This document shows, in pieces, positions 10,511 to 20,718 of a stretch of DNA of 64,000 bases. Every line of letters begins with the position of its first letter. Within the stretch, counting starts at the first letter, position 1. This DNA comes from an uncultured Candidatus Rokubacteria bacterium. GTDB taxonomy: Bacteria > Methylomirabilota > Methylomirabilia > Rokubacteriales > CSP1-6. The position numbers and the translations under genes are program-made. The notes below the pieces were generated by a model. The model worked only from the letters and a program-made list of their open reading frames with translations. It had not been told where the DNA came from and made no database searches. The DNA lies in contig CAWBMV010000020.1 of assembly GCA_963789955.1 (NCBI GenBank), forward strand, positions 1 to 64,000. The letters are read 5' to 3'.

Positions 10511-12363
10511 CGCTTGATCTCCCCCCGGCGCTCGGACACCAGCACGAGCTCGGTAAAGGTGTTCATCGAGGCCAGGCGCGCGAATACCTGCTCGAGCACC
10601 GCGCCCAGCAGGAAGGCGCTCGCCCCGGCGAAGGACGTCTCGTCAACGGTCAGTCGAATCTCGAGACCGCGACCGAACACGATCGGGCCGGGCGCCGGAA
10701 GCCGGCGGGTGCGCGGCGTGACGGACACCCGACGCACCCCATGCGTCTGGCGGCGCGAGATCGCGTCGGGCATGTCGGCGTCGACCAGATCGGCGTAGAG
10801 CTCGAGGAACTCGCGCAGCGCCGTCGCGCCCTGATCTTCGTCGAGGTCGGCGACCGTCAGGTAGTTGAGCGAGAGATGGCTCGTGAGCCGCCACGGGATC
10901 TCGCCGTCGAGGATCGCCGGCCGAGGTCGGCTGGGTCCGCGCAGGCATCGGATGCCGTCGACGGGCGCCGAGATGGCCAGGCTGAAATCACGATCGCTCC
11001 CTACCGGCATCAGCAGGGGCAAGTCGCGATTGGTCACCAGCACGTCGACCGCGAGCTGGCGCAAGGTCTCCGAGTACGGCGCCTCGCGCGAATCGACGAG
11101 CGACAGCGAGACCTCGCTGCCCATGTAGCTGGTGCGTGCGCCGTCGCGGCGCTGGCGCTCGGACAGCGCGCGGGGCTCGCGCCGCATCGTGAAGTAGCCG
11201 TGCGCGGGATGGATTCCGTCCGCGTCGACCGACGCGTAGAACGGGCGAAACTCCCGCTCGGCCTCCAGCCCTTCGCTGTATCCCACGACGTGCTCGACGG
11301 TGTACACCTCGAAGTCCATCGGCTTGGTGCGATCGACGACGACGTGGTGCTCGGCCTGCTGATCGCTCACGTGGATCCGGTCGGCGTGCCGCGAGAAGAG
11401 GTTGACGGCCGGGGTGCAATGGAGCGCAAAGCCGGCCTTGTCGACGAGCGCGCCCAGGGCGCCGTCCGACCGCGCGAGCGGGATCACCAGCTCGATCTCG
11501 TCTCCGCGGTGACGGGCCAGGGCCTTCCGGAGGCCCGCGAGCTCGACGAACCGGAAGCGCTCCGGGAAGGCGAAGTACTCGTGGAGCAGCCGGTAGCCGC
11601 TGAACGAGCGCGTCGTGTACGGGATCAGCGCCTGCTCGCGCGCGAAGCCCACGGGCTGAATCGCATCGCGGCCGAGCCACTCGAACCACGGCGCCGGGCG
11701 CGCCGGCGGCGCGACGAACACGCCGAGCCCGCTCCCGAGAATGAGCTCGTAGAGCTTCAGCGCCACCTCGTCGCCGGCGGAGAGGAACAGATTCAGCCGG
11801 TCCATGGCGAGCTGATCGAATGTGAAGGGCGCCGCCGCGCGCAGCTTGAGCCGCAGCACCGCCTGGACCGGCTCGGCGAGCCCCAAGGTGTTGAGCGGCA
11901 GATCCGGCGCGAACGGCGCGTAGCGCGCCTCGGCGATCTCGATCGGCCACAACGTCAGCTCGTGGGCCGTCCGGAACTGACACGCCGTCACCTCGCCGCG
12001 CGGGATCTGGCCGCGCAGCACCGTCCCTCGCGGCACCGTGAACCCGGTCGCCAGGGATCCCTCGGCCATGCTCGGCGTGAACTGGACGATGGCCATCGAC
12101 GGCGTCGGCGCGAGGTAGTGCGGGTACACGCACTCGAGCAGGTGCTGGGTGAAGCGCGGAAACTCCGCGTCGAGCTTGAGGCGGACCCGGGCCGAGAGGA
12201 AGCTGAATCCTTCCAGCAGCCGCTCGACGTACGGATCGGCGACCTCGGTCGCGTCGAGCGCCAGCCGCGCGGCGACCTTGGGAAAGGCGGCCGCGAACTC
12301 CGCGCCCATCTCGCGCATGTACGCGAGCTCCTGGTTGTAGTACCGGAGCATCCGCGCATCCAT
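10474..12363 (-). CDS. tssF: T6SS baseplate TssF
   Basis: YYNQELAYMREMGAEFAAAFPKVAARL, DPYVERLLEGFSFL, GYRLLHEYFAFPERF, WRLTSHLSLNYL. Confidence 0.97.
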   Translation of the reverse strand: MDARMLRYYNQELAYMREMGAEFAAAFPKVAARLALDATEVADPYVERLLEGFSFLSARVRLKLDAEFPRFTQHLLECVYPHYLAPTPSMAIVQFTPSMAEGSLATGFTVPRGTVLRGQIPRGEVTACQFRTAHELTLWPIEIAEARYAPFAPDLPLNTLGLAEPVQAVLRLKLRAAAPFTFDQLAMDRLNLFLSAGDEVALKLYELILGSGLGVFVAPPARPAPWFEWLGRDAIQPVGFAREQALIPYTTRSFSGYRLLHEYFAFPERFRFVELAGLRKALARHRGDEIELVIPLARSDGALGALVDKAGFALHCTPAVNLFSRHADRIHVSDQQAEHHVVVDRTKPMDFEVYTVEHVVGYSEGLEAEREFRPFYASVDADGIHPAHGYFTMRREPRALSERQRRDGARTSYMGSEVSLSLVDSREAPYSETLRQLAVDVLVTNRDLPLLMPVGSDRDFSLAISAPVDGIRCLRGPSRPRPAILDGEIPWRLTSHLSLNYLTVADLDEDQGATALREFLELYADLVDADMPDAISRRQTHGVRRVSVTPRTRRLPAPGPIVFGRGLEIRLTVDETSFAGASAFLLGAVLEQVFARLASMNTFTELVLVSERRGEIKRWPPRMAARQLV

Positions 12364-12866
12364 CAGCGCCCCTCGGCGAGCCGGATCTCGCCGCTCTCGA
12401 GATCCATGTCGGTCTTGATCAGGAGCTCGACCGGATAAGGCTGCGACCAGAGCTCCCCGGTGATCTCGAGCGTCATGATGTTGTGATGCCCCATCGGATC
12501 CGCGGCCGGGATGCTGCGCACCGCCAGGGTATGGGGAAGAATCCGCGGCTCGAAGCGCAGGATGGCTTCCTTGAGGATCCGCTCGATCTCGGCCGGCTCG
12601 AGGCCCGCCACGGTGTTCCCGGCGAGCGCGGCGAGGCCGTAGTTCAGGGTCGACTGCGCGGCGAGCTGGTGGGCCGACAGGTCGACGGAGCTCGCGAGAT
12701 TCGTCGAGTTGAAGAGCCAGGTGAGATCGCGCAGCACGGACGCCCTGAGCTGAGCGCGGCTGAGCACGCGCTCGTCCCGGCCCTCGACCTTCTTGGTAGG
12801 GTCGTGGTCCGTCAGGCGGTCGAGTAGGGCGGGCTGCAGCGCATCCCGCGCGCCGACCTCGACCAT
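12363..12866 (-). CDS. tssE: T6SS baseplate TssE (gp25-like)
   Basis: LQPALLDRLTD, SVLRDLTWLFNS, STLNYGL, AILRFEPRI. Confidence 0.95.
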   Translation of the reverse strand: MVEVGARDALQPALLDRLTDHDPTKKVEGRDERVLSRAQLRASVLRDLTWLFNSTNLASSVDLSAHQLAAQSTLNYGLAALAGNTVAGLEPAEIERILKEAILRFEPRILPHTLAVRSIPAADPMGHHNIMTLEITGELWSQPYPVELLIKTDMDLESGEIRLAEGR

Positions 12867-12867
12867 G

Positions 12868-13665
12868 TCACGCCTCCGCGCCTCCGAGTTCGATGTGCCG
12901 CACGCTCAAGAGGGCGTATTCACCTCCGGCAGTGGCGAACATCCGCTGGCCGCGGCCGTGGAACGTGTCGGGCGCCACCTCGTCCCACTCGGTCTTGCGG
13001 CCGAGTCGGACCAGGGCGTCTCCGTCAGCTTCCGACCCGGGGTACCGAGCCGGAATGAGCGCGGCGGCTTCGCCGCCGTTGGCGAGGCCGAGCTTCGCGG
13101 GCATCCACACCACGTCACGCAGATCGCTGGGCGCTTCGAGACGGATCGACCGGATTCGCTCGAACGGCACCCAGTAGTAGCGACCGTCGACAATGGCTTC
13201 GCACACCGGGCCCAATCGCGAGTCGGCGTCGGCGATCCAGTCGAACTCGTGACCGTCGATCTCGCCCGGCACGGCGCTCGCCTGCTCCAGCGCCTCCGCG
13301 CGGAGCGCGGCGGCCGCGGCCGCTCGGCCCTGCGCGGCTTCGGACAGTGCCTGGATCAGGGGCGCGACCCACGGAAGCGGCTCGCCGAGGATCAGCGGGG
13401 TCCGGGCGCCGGCGAAGACGTCGCGGCGCAGCAGCTCGCACGTGATCGCCGTGCCGTAGACGTGAACGAGCGGGAGCGAGCCGGCGCTCAGCTCACTCAG
13501 CACCTTGAGCTGAGTGCGGGCTCGCTCCCAATCCCCGATCACACACAGCAGCTGAAACAGGAACACCCGGTACTCTGCGTTGTCGGGCGCCTTGCGGACG
13601 TGATCCTGTAGCTCGGCCAAGGCATCGGCCACACGCCCCTCACGCAGACTCTGCTCTGCCAGCAT
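12868..13665 (-). CDS. tagJ: T6SS accessory TagJ/ImpE/SciE
   Basis: LFQLLCVIGDWERARTQL, WIADADSRLGPVCE, GRYYWVPFE, LRDVVW, IPARYPG; start set at ATG 13665. Confidence 0.93.
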   Translation of the reverse strand: MLAEQSLREGRVADALAELQDHVRKAPDNAEYRVFLFQLLCVIGDWERARTQLKVLSELSAGSLPLVHVYGTAITCELLRRDVFAGARTPLILGEPLPWVAPLIQALSEAAQGRAAAAAALRAEALEQASAVPGEIDGHEFDWIADADSRLGPVCEAIVDGRYYWVPFERIRSIRLEAPSDLRDVVWMPAKLGLANGGEAAALIPARYPGSEADGDALVRLGRKTEWDEVAPDTFHGRGQRMFATAGGEYALLSVRHIELGGAEA

Positions 13666-13675
13666 CAGTCGACCG

Positions 13676-14159
13676 TTAGAGCTTCTTGTTGGCGGCGATG
13701 TCCCAGCCCATCTTCGGCTTGGCCCCCGCGCCGCCCTTGTCGTCCTGAGCGGCATAGTCGACCTTGACCTTGCGCGAAGTTCAGGCTGACGTTCTCGGTC
13801 AGGCGATCCTCGCCGCCCGACCCGCCGGTCGAGACCGAGCTGATGATGACGTCTTCCATCGTGACGATCAGGTACTCGAGCGGGTTCTCGCCCGCCTTGC
13901 GCACCACCAGCTTCGCGTCCTTCAGATGCTTGCCGTTACAGCACGACAGATAGAGGTCCGGCGACGACACGTCGATGTACTTCGTGAACGAGAGGTCGTG
14001 CACGTTGACCTTCCCCGCTCCGGCGCCGCCGCCGATGTGGGCTGAGCCCGACTGCGACATGCCCCAGCTCCACGACAGCACGTCGATCTCATCCTTGTGC
14101 TTGTCGTCCTACGACTCCCCTTTGATTCCGTCCATCTTGAGGAACATATCAACGGCCAT
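13676..14159 (-). CDS. hcp: T6SS tube Hcp/TssD (in-frame TAG at codon 17, frameshift near 13770)
   Basis: MAVDMFLKMDGIKGES*DDKHKDEIDVLSWSWGMSQSG, DLSFTKYID, ENVSLNFA, GWDIAANKKL. Confidence 0.95.
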
Positions 14160-14229
14160 GGATCGTCTCCTCTTCCTCTCGCACCGCGTTCTCCGCTAGT
14201 TGAATCGTGACCTCGCCCGAATCAGTACT

Positions 14230-15722
14230 TCATTTCCCGCCCTTGACCGACGGCAGCTTGGACACCAGGCGCAGAGATACCGTCAGGCCCTCCAGCTGGT
14301 AATGCGGCCGGAGATAGAACTTCGAGCTGTAATACCCGGGGTTGCCTTCGACCTCTTCGACCGTGACCTCGGCCGCCGACAACGGATACTTGGCCTTGGT
14401 CTCCTCGCCGGCCGACGCCGGGTTGCTCAGGACGTACTGCGAGATCCACTTGTTGAGCCACGTCTCCATCTCGTTGCGCTCCTTGAAGGAGCCGATCTTG
14501 TCGCGCACGATGCACTTCAGATAGTGCGCGAACCGGCACGCCGCGAAGAGGTACGGCAGCCGGGCCGAGAGATTGGCGTTGGCGGTGGCGTCCGGATCGG
14601 TGTACTCGAACGGCTTCTGCAGCGACTGGGCACCGATGAACGCCGCGATGTCGGTGTTCTTCCGATGCAGCAGCGGCATGAAGCCGTTCTTGGCCAGCTC
14701 GGCCTCGCGCCGGTCGCTGATGGCGATCTCGGTCGGGCACTTCATGTCCACGCCGCCGTCGTCGGTCGGGAACGTGTGAACCGGGCAGGCCTTCCAGCGA
14801 CCCGCCCGACTCCACGCCGCGGATGCGCGAGCACCAGCCGTAGAGCTTGAACGACCGCGTGATGTTCACGGCCATCGCGTAGGCCGAGTTCACCCACGCG
14901 AACTTGTCGTGCCGAGCGCCTTCGGTGTCTTCCTGGAAATCGAACTCCTCGACCGGGTTCGCCTTGCCGTAGGGATAGCGGCCGAGGAACCGCGGCATGG
15001 CCAGCCCGACGTAGCGCGAGTCTTCGGACTCGCGCAGCGACCGCCACGGGGCGTATTCCGCCGTCGTGAAGATCTTGGTGAGGTCACGCGGGTTGGCCAG
15101 CTCCTGCCAGCTCTCCATCTGCATGACCGAGGGCGACACGCCGGCGATGAACGGGCAGTGCGCCGCCGCGGCGACCTGCGCCATCTGGCCGACCATCTCG
15201 ACGTCCGGCGGCGTGTGGTCGAAGATAGTAGTCGCCGACCAGGGCGCCGAACGGCTCGCCACCGAACTGGCCGTACTCCGCCTCGTAGAGCTTCTTGAAG
15301 ATCGGGCTCTGGTCCCACGCCACGCCCTTGAACCGCTTGAGCGTCCGACCCAGGTCGGCCTTCGAGATGTTCATCACGCGGATCTTCAGCATCTCGTCGG
15401 TCTCGGTGTTCGTGACGAGGTAGTTGAGCCCGCGCCAGGCGCTCTCGACTTCCTGGAACGTCCTTGTGGTGCATGATCAGATTGACCTGCTCGCTGAGCT
15501 TGCTTGTCGAGCGCGGCGATGATCGACTCGATCGTGCCGATCACGTCCGACGAGATCAGCGTGGTCTCCCCGAGCGCCTGCTCGGCCAGCGTCCGGACCG
15601 CCGTCTCGACCGCTTCCTTGGCGGCGTCCGACCTCGGCTTGAACTCCTTGTTGAGCAGCCGCCCGAAGCTCAGTGACCTCGAATCCTGCGCCCTGCCCTT
15701 CGGTCTGTTGCTCAGTCGCCAT
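14230..15722 (-). CDS. tssC: T6SS sheath large subunit TssC/VipB (frameshifted)
   Basis: EYGQFGGEPFGALVGDY, AAAAHCPFIAG, WRSLRESEDSRYVGLAMPRFL, KCPTEIAISDRREAELAKNGFMPL, LRPHYQLEGLTVSLRLVSKLP. Confidence 0.96.
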
Positions 15723-15734
15723 GGTGCGTCCTCG

Positions 15735-16273
15735 TCAATCGTGGTTTAGGACTGTGGGGGCGTCCGCCGCGGCCTCGTCGGCTTCGGCAATGGCCGCCAG
15801 CGCCTTGAGCAGCGTCGGATCCTGCAGCAGCTTCTTGATCAGCTGCTCGGCGCCGCTCTTGCCGTCCATGTAGGTCACCAGGCTCGCCAGCTGCTGTCTC
15901 GCCTCGAGGAGCTTGCTCAGCGCGTCGACCTTGCGGGCGACCGCCGCGGGCGAGAAGTCGTCCATGCTCTCGAAGGTGATGTCGACCATGATGTTGCCGT
16001 CGCCGGTCAGCGTGTTCGGCACCTGGAAGGCCGCCCGGGGCTTCATCGCCTTGAGGCGCTGGTCGAAGTTGTCGATGTCGATGTCGAGGAACTTCCGATC
16101 GGCGACGTCGGGCAGCGGCTCCGGCGGGCTTGCCGGACAGGTTCGCCATCACGCCCATGACGAACGGAAGCTGGATCTTCTTCTCCGAGCCGTAGAGCTC
16201 CACGTCGTACTCGATCTGGACTCGCGGCGCGCGGTTTCTGCGCGATGAACTTCTGGCTGCTGGCTTTTGCCAT
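15735..16273 (-). CDS. tssB: T6SS sheath small subunit TssB/VipA (frameshifted)
   Basis: MAKASSQKFIA, ELYGSEKKIQLPFVMGVMANLSG, FESMDDFSPAAVARKV, LLEARQQL, YMDGKSGAE. Confidence 0.95.
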
Positions 16274-16285
16274 GTCGGGCCTCCT

Positions 16286-17304
16286 CTACGTCTTGTCGAC
16301 GTCGCCGGCCAGCTTCTCGAGCTGCGAGAGGCTGTCGGGCATCAGATCTCGTACGATTTCCAAGAAGCTCTTCTTGATCAACCGCTGCGCGCGCCGGATG
16401 AACAGCGGCGCCGGATTGCTGGGCTCGTGTCGCTCCAGGTAGTTGCAGACCAGCTCGAGCATCTGCACCGCGTCGTCGCGGCTCCGGATCTCGCCCGTCA
16501 TGGCGCGGCCGAGCCCCGTCGCCGGCTTCCGCCTGACCTTGCTTTGGCCGTGTCGCTCTTCACGCCGAGCGCCGTATCGCAGGCCTCGAGCAGAGACGCG
16601 AGCGGCTGCACGAGGGGCGCCAGATCGAGCGCCCGGGAGGCGCCGACGCGCTCGTTGATGAGCGCCTGGATCGCCACCGCGTGTTCGTGTGCCTCGCGCA
16701 CCGCCGAGGGCACCGAGCGGTCGCTCGCGAACGCCGCGCCGATCTGGGCGTGGAGCTGGCCGAGCGGCTTGATCGTGCTCGGCGTCCGGCCGCCCGCGGC
16801 GGGGCCAGGCGCCCGAGCGCCACTTCGATATCGCGAGCCCGGATCTGTCCTTGCTCGCGGGAGCTGACGAGATAGGTGTCACGCAGGTCCTTGAGGATCA
16901 CTTCCGGGTCGACGAGCGGCGCCATCGCGTTCAGCCGCTCGGTCGGATCACCGTCACGGTCGGTCTCGAGCACCGGATGGATGCCGTCCCAGTACCGCTC
17001 GAGGAGTCCGTGGATGAGGCTGAGACCGGTCGCGAGCCCAGGGATGCCCTCGGTGCACGTGAGCCCCCGGGTCAAGTGGACCGCGACCCGAAGGTCCTTG
17101 CTCCGGTTGAGGAGCGCCTGGGCCCGAGTCGATGACCTTCGGCCAGTTCGGGTCCTCGGCGGGCTTGACGGCGTCACCGGTACGCTGCTCGGGCTTCCCT
17201 CGCGCGGCCTCCTCGAGCTCGAAGAACGAAAGGTCGTGCTCGAGATTGGGACCACAGGGAGGAAGCTCCCTGGTCTCCGCCAGCACCGTTCCGACGTCGA
17301 GCAT
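16286..17304 (-). CDS. tssA: T6SS TssA (ImpA N-terminal domain; frameshifted)
   Basis: PCGPNLEHD, SKDLRVAVHL, YWDGIHPVL; C-terminal IRSRDDAVQMLE..YLERHEPSNPAP..RAQRL; GGAG SD before ATG 17304. Confidence 0.93.
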
Positions 17305-17930
17305 CAGCGCTCCCAAATGAATGCGATCAACTGCACTCTTACTCGGCCGTTTCGCCGCTTACGTCGACCCCGAGGCGCTTTCGCAATGCAGATCCCAGGC
17401 CAGAATAGCCCAACACCCACTGGACGGCGATTCGGGCGCCGAGAAAATGCATTGAAACTATGCTTTTGAGCCCGATCTGTCAATGGCCAAATGGGCTTCC
17501 GCCGGCCGCCGGCAATCGGAGAAGCCTCGGGTACGGATCCGACTCCGACGTGACGGCGTTCCGGAAGTCATTCAATCTATGAAATAAAGCGGCAAGTCTA
17601 TGAAATCGCGAAGTCACTGAGTAGGGATACCTGTGAAGGGTGGCGACACTCGCCCGCGCTAGAGCCCGGGGGGGCTATCAGGTGTTCAATTTTCGGGCGG
17701 CCCACCACCTTGCCCGGGTCCTATGCCCGAGCAGCCTCGTCGGGGGCCGTCGAACCCGCGCGGGAGCCGGCACCGCCTGGTGGGGGCCCCGCGCACCCAA
17801 ACCGCCGTATGCCGGCATGGCCATCGCGCGAGAGCGCAGCGCGACTCCTTTCAACGAATTTACAACAGGCTTACACTCGATGTCGGCAGGGTCGGTCGCG
17901 TATCGGCGTTCACAAGGCGCGGAGGACGTC

Positions 17931-19187
17931 GTGGCAGATCAGCTCACACATCTGTGCATCATCTCCCGCGATCCGGTCCGGAGCGGGGATTTCATCGAGG
18001 CTGTCCGAGCGTCGCTTCCCCCGGAAGACAATCTCGAGATCATCACGGACCGGCGTCGCGGTGGGGCTTCCAGGGAATTCGATCTGAAACAAGATCATCG
18101 CCGGCAACCTCAGGTCGATCTGGCGCTCGCGACCAATGGCTTTGCCATCGTTCCTGCGTCCGTCAACTCAACAGCGGAGGGGACCTCGCGCTCGCTGCTC
18201 GTTCACGACGATCCGATCGAGCCACCTTACCCTCAGGATGACGAGAACGAGGCGCCCGAGAACCAGCGGTCGGCACCCATCCCGAGGCTCCTCGGGGTAT
18301 TGAGCGGCGCGGCGCTCGCCGCGCTCGTGCTCGCACTGGCGGGACAGGGTATCGGTCAGACTCTCGTGGGTCGACTTCTCAACGGGTCACTCGTAGGTGG
18401 CGGTGAGCCCGGCCAAATCAACGAGAGTTTGACCCTGGCGCACTCGCCGACAGTCGCGGAAAAGCCCGTCGCTGTTGACAGTCGGGCAGTAGACAGTGAG
18501 ATTTCTCCACGGGCCCGCCCGAACAACGACGCAACCTCCGCCGGCGGCCCAGCGAGCACGAAATCGGCATCCCTGCGCGACGCCGACAGGCTGACTCCCA
18601 AGCAGCGCGAGACGAGCGGCTCTTCTGAAGTGACCGACCCCGCGTCGCGGGAGCCTCGCACCGCGTCCGGGGAGAACACCATCTCAGCGAAAAAGGTCGG
18701 CACTTCGCCACGTGACGCTCATACATCAACAACCAATGAGACCGGCGCCTCGCCGAAAGCCGGAATCGGCGAGAGTGTGAGTGCCGGCCGATCCGGATTC
18801 AGGACCACGCCCCCACCAACTGCAAGTGTTCCGGCACCGTCCAAGCAAGTCGCCACCGATCCATCGTCTGAAACGGCGACACCGAGATCGACGCGACCGT
18901 TGGGGGGCGCGCACCGCGCGGAACTCGTGCGCATGCCGGTATCGCGGGGTTGGGGCGATTCCTACGCCGTCCGCCTCTTGGATCCCGCGGGCCGGCCCAT
19001 GGTGGTCACCGAGGTCTTGCTCGTCGCGCGCATGGCGGACGGCACTGTGGAAAGTATTGCGATGGGTGCTCTGCCCGAGCCAGGAACCTACCGTGCAACG
19101 GTGCCGACCAGTCACTCGACTCCAGTCGATCTTCACGTTCAGGTAAATACCGGTGAGAAAATCGTTGAAGTCCCCGTAAGGCCGTAG
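17931..19187 (+). CDS. Membrane-anchored hypothetical protein: DRR-motif N-domain, TM helix, low-complexity linker, YtkA/FixH-like C-domain
   Basis: GGAGG SD at 17921 before GTG 17931; IITDRRRG; TM LLGVLSGAALAALVLALAG; C-terminal YAVRLLDPAGRP..EPGTYRATV. Confidence 0.6.
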   Translation: MADQLTHLCIISRDPVRSGDFIEAVRASLPPEDNLEIITDRRRGGASREFDLKQDHRRQPQVDLALATNGFAIVPASVNSTAEGTSRSLLVHDDPIEPPYPQDDENEAPENQRSAPIPRLLGVLSGAALAALVLALAGQGIGQTLVGRLLNGSLVGGGEPGQINESLTLAHSPTVAEKPVAVDSRAVDSEISPRARPNNDATSAGGPASTKSASLRDADRLTPKQRETSGSSEVTDPASREPRTASGENTISAKKVGTSPRDAHTSTTNETGASPKAGIGESVSAGRSGFRTTPPPTASVPAPSKQVATDPSSETATPRSTRPLGGAHRAELVRMPVSRGWGDSYAVRLLDPAGRPMVVTEVLLVARMADGTVESIAMGALPEPGTYRATVPTSHSTPVDLHVQVNTGEKIVEVPVRP

Positions 19188-19744
19188 GACGGCCGCCGCT
19201 ACCCTCGTCCAGGCGTCGAGGTCCTTCGCCGCGTCGCGGCGGCGGCTCGCCTTAGTGTCGATCGCCCTTCACTTCAGGATGAGGTGGTGAGCCCGACCGG
19301 TTACGTTCGCTAGTAGCCGATCCATCCACCTACGAAATCTCTGAGGTTGTGGACGGTGAGCGTCTTTACCCCTGCTCCAGATGCTCGCCGCCGGCAAGAA
19401 GGCATTCGCGAGTCCAGCACACGGGGACCGTCGCGGTGAACGTGCCATCCAGCGCGCCACCGTCAAGCGTCGTGTTGTTTCGGGAGCACCAGAAGCCATA
19501 CGACGTCAAGCGGCCTCATGCTAGAGTCCCCGCGCTGCCGGGTGTGCCAGACAACGCCGCTGCCGCCCGGGCGGAAGGTCTGCTCGGGGCGCTGCGAGAA
19601 CGGCGCCGCGCATTGCGCGCCTACGTGGATGCCGAGCTGGACGTGATCATCACGGAGCTCGCGACGGCGCGACCCAGGCGGCGGCGTGGCGGACCAGGGC
19701 GGCACTATACACGCATATAGCCAGGAGTTATAACGTCCTCGCAC

Positions 19745-20134
19745 ATGGCGACGAAAATTCTCGCGCTCGGGGCGGAACGCGGATGGTCTCGGCCGCAGCT
19801 GGCCCGACGCGCCAAGGTGTCGCAAGCATACGTCGCCCAGCCGGAGACCGGCGCACGGCAGAACCCGTCTCTCCCGACCCTGCGGCGGATCACGAAGGCG
19901 CTCGGCGTGCCGGTGGCGGAGCTCGTTGGCTTGACGACTGGGGTTCTCATGCGCGCGACCGGAGTGGGCTTGCTTGTTTTCGGAGCGATCGTGTTGTTCA
20001 TCGGCCTTCGAATTTCGCTGCGGGCGAGCCGCTACGAGATGGCAGAGCATTGGTTCCGTTTCGGGCTGTGGGCGACAGGAACCGGCATCGCACTGCAGAC
20101 GATCGGAGTGCTGGTCACGATAAGGGCGAAGTAG
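19745..20134 (+). CDS. XRE-family HTH regulator, apparently fused or read through into a membrane segment
   Basis: RGWSRPQLARRAKVSQAYVAQPETGARQNPSLPTLRRITKALGVPVAEL. Confidence 0.7.
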   Translation: MATKILALGAERGWSRPQLARRAKVSQAYVAQPETGARQNPSLPTLRRITKALGVPVAELVGLTTGVLMRATGVGLLVFGAIVLFIGLRISLRASRYEMAEHWFRFGLWATGTGIALQTIGVLVTIRAK

Positions 20135-20203
20135 ATCTGGCATACCCACCCGGTGCCCGTCGCGCTTGTGGGGCGTTAGAGACCGACAGGCGTTCCGGTC
20201 TCC

Positions 20204-20572
20204 TCACTGCTTGACCCGTTCGTATTCTGCTTTGCCGTAGGTGGTGTCCTCCGGCATCACCGTGAGAATGGTCTTGCCTTCATCTTCGGAAAGTCTCGCC
20301 GTCCCCGTCGTTCGCGTCGATCGATATCGCAGCTTGCCGTCTTGAAGATAAAATTGACCTTCGGACGTTGAGCCACGCGTGGTCGAGGCTATGTAGCTTC
20401 CGTCCGTCTGGACGTTCATGGTTGCGCGCTCGTCTCCCATCTCCGCTGTGACCCAGCCTCGCCAAGTTCCCGCGAGTTCCTTGACGTCTACGACCTGCTT
20501 TTCTCCGGCGACTCCATCAAGCGGGGACATTGCGAACACCGCGGCAACCACTAGAGCAAGATGCATCTTCAT
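20204..20572 (-). CDS. Small secreted protein; paralog of 50494-50868
   Basis: Signal peptide MKMHLALVVAAVFAMSPLDGVA; GEKQVVDVKELAGTWRGWV..FYLQDGKLRYRS shared with the paralog. Confidence 0.75.
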   Translation of the reverse strand: MKMHLALVVAAVFAMSPLDGVAGEKQVVDVKELAGTWRGWVTAEMGDERATMNVQTDGSYIASTTRGSTSEGQFYLQDGKLRYRSTRTTGTARLSEDEGKTILTVMPEDTTYGKAEYERVKQ

Positions 20573-20718
20573 CGTTGATCTCCTTCCGCCTGCCCGGAGG
20601 AGTTGGGCTCTCCCGCCCTGTAGCGGCGACCCGCTCTCGACGTTCCTTGCCAACGCGCAGTTTAACGAGCGCTCTATGCCTTGCCAACGCGTGAACAGCG
20701 CCTTCGAGCAGGTGGCCG

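Noticed and set aside
14109..14111. Programmed amber readthrough (pyrrolysine or recoding) in hcp
   Set aside because: Single instance in an error-rich region; TAG is used as a normal stop throughout the window.
19283..19300. GGTGGTGAGCCCGACCGG as a degenerate tRNA-Glu/Lys att site at the left edge of the accessory region
   Set aside because: Only 8-9 bp match exactly in high-GC DNA; the position is suggestive but not supportable.
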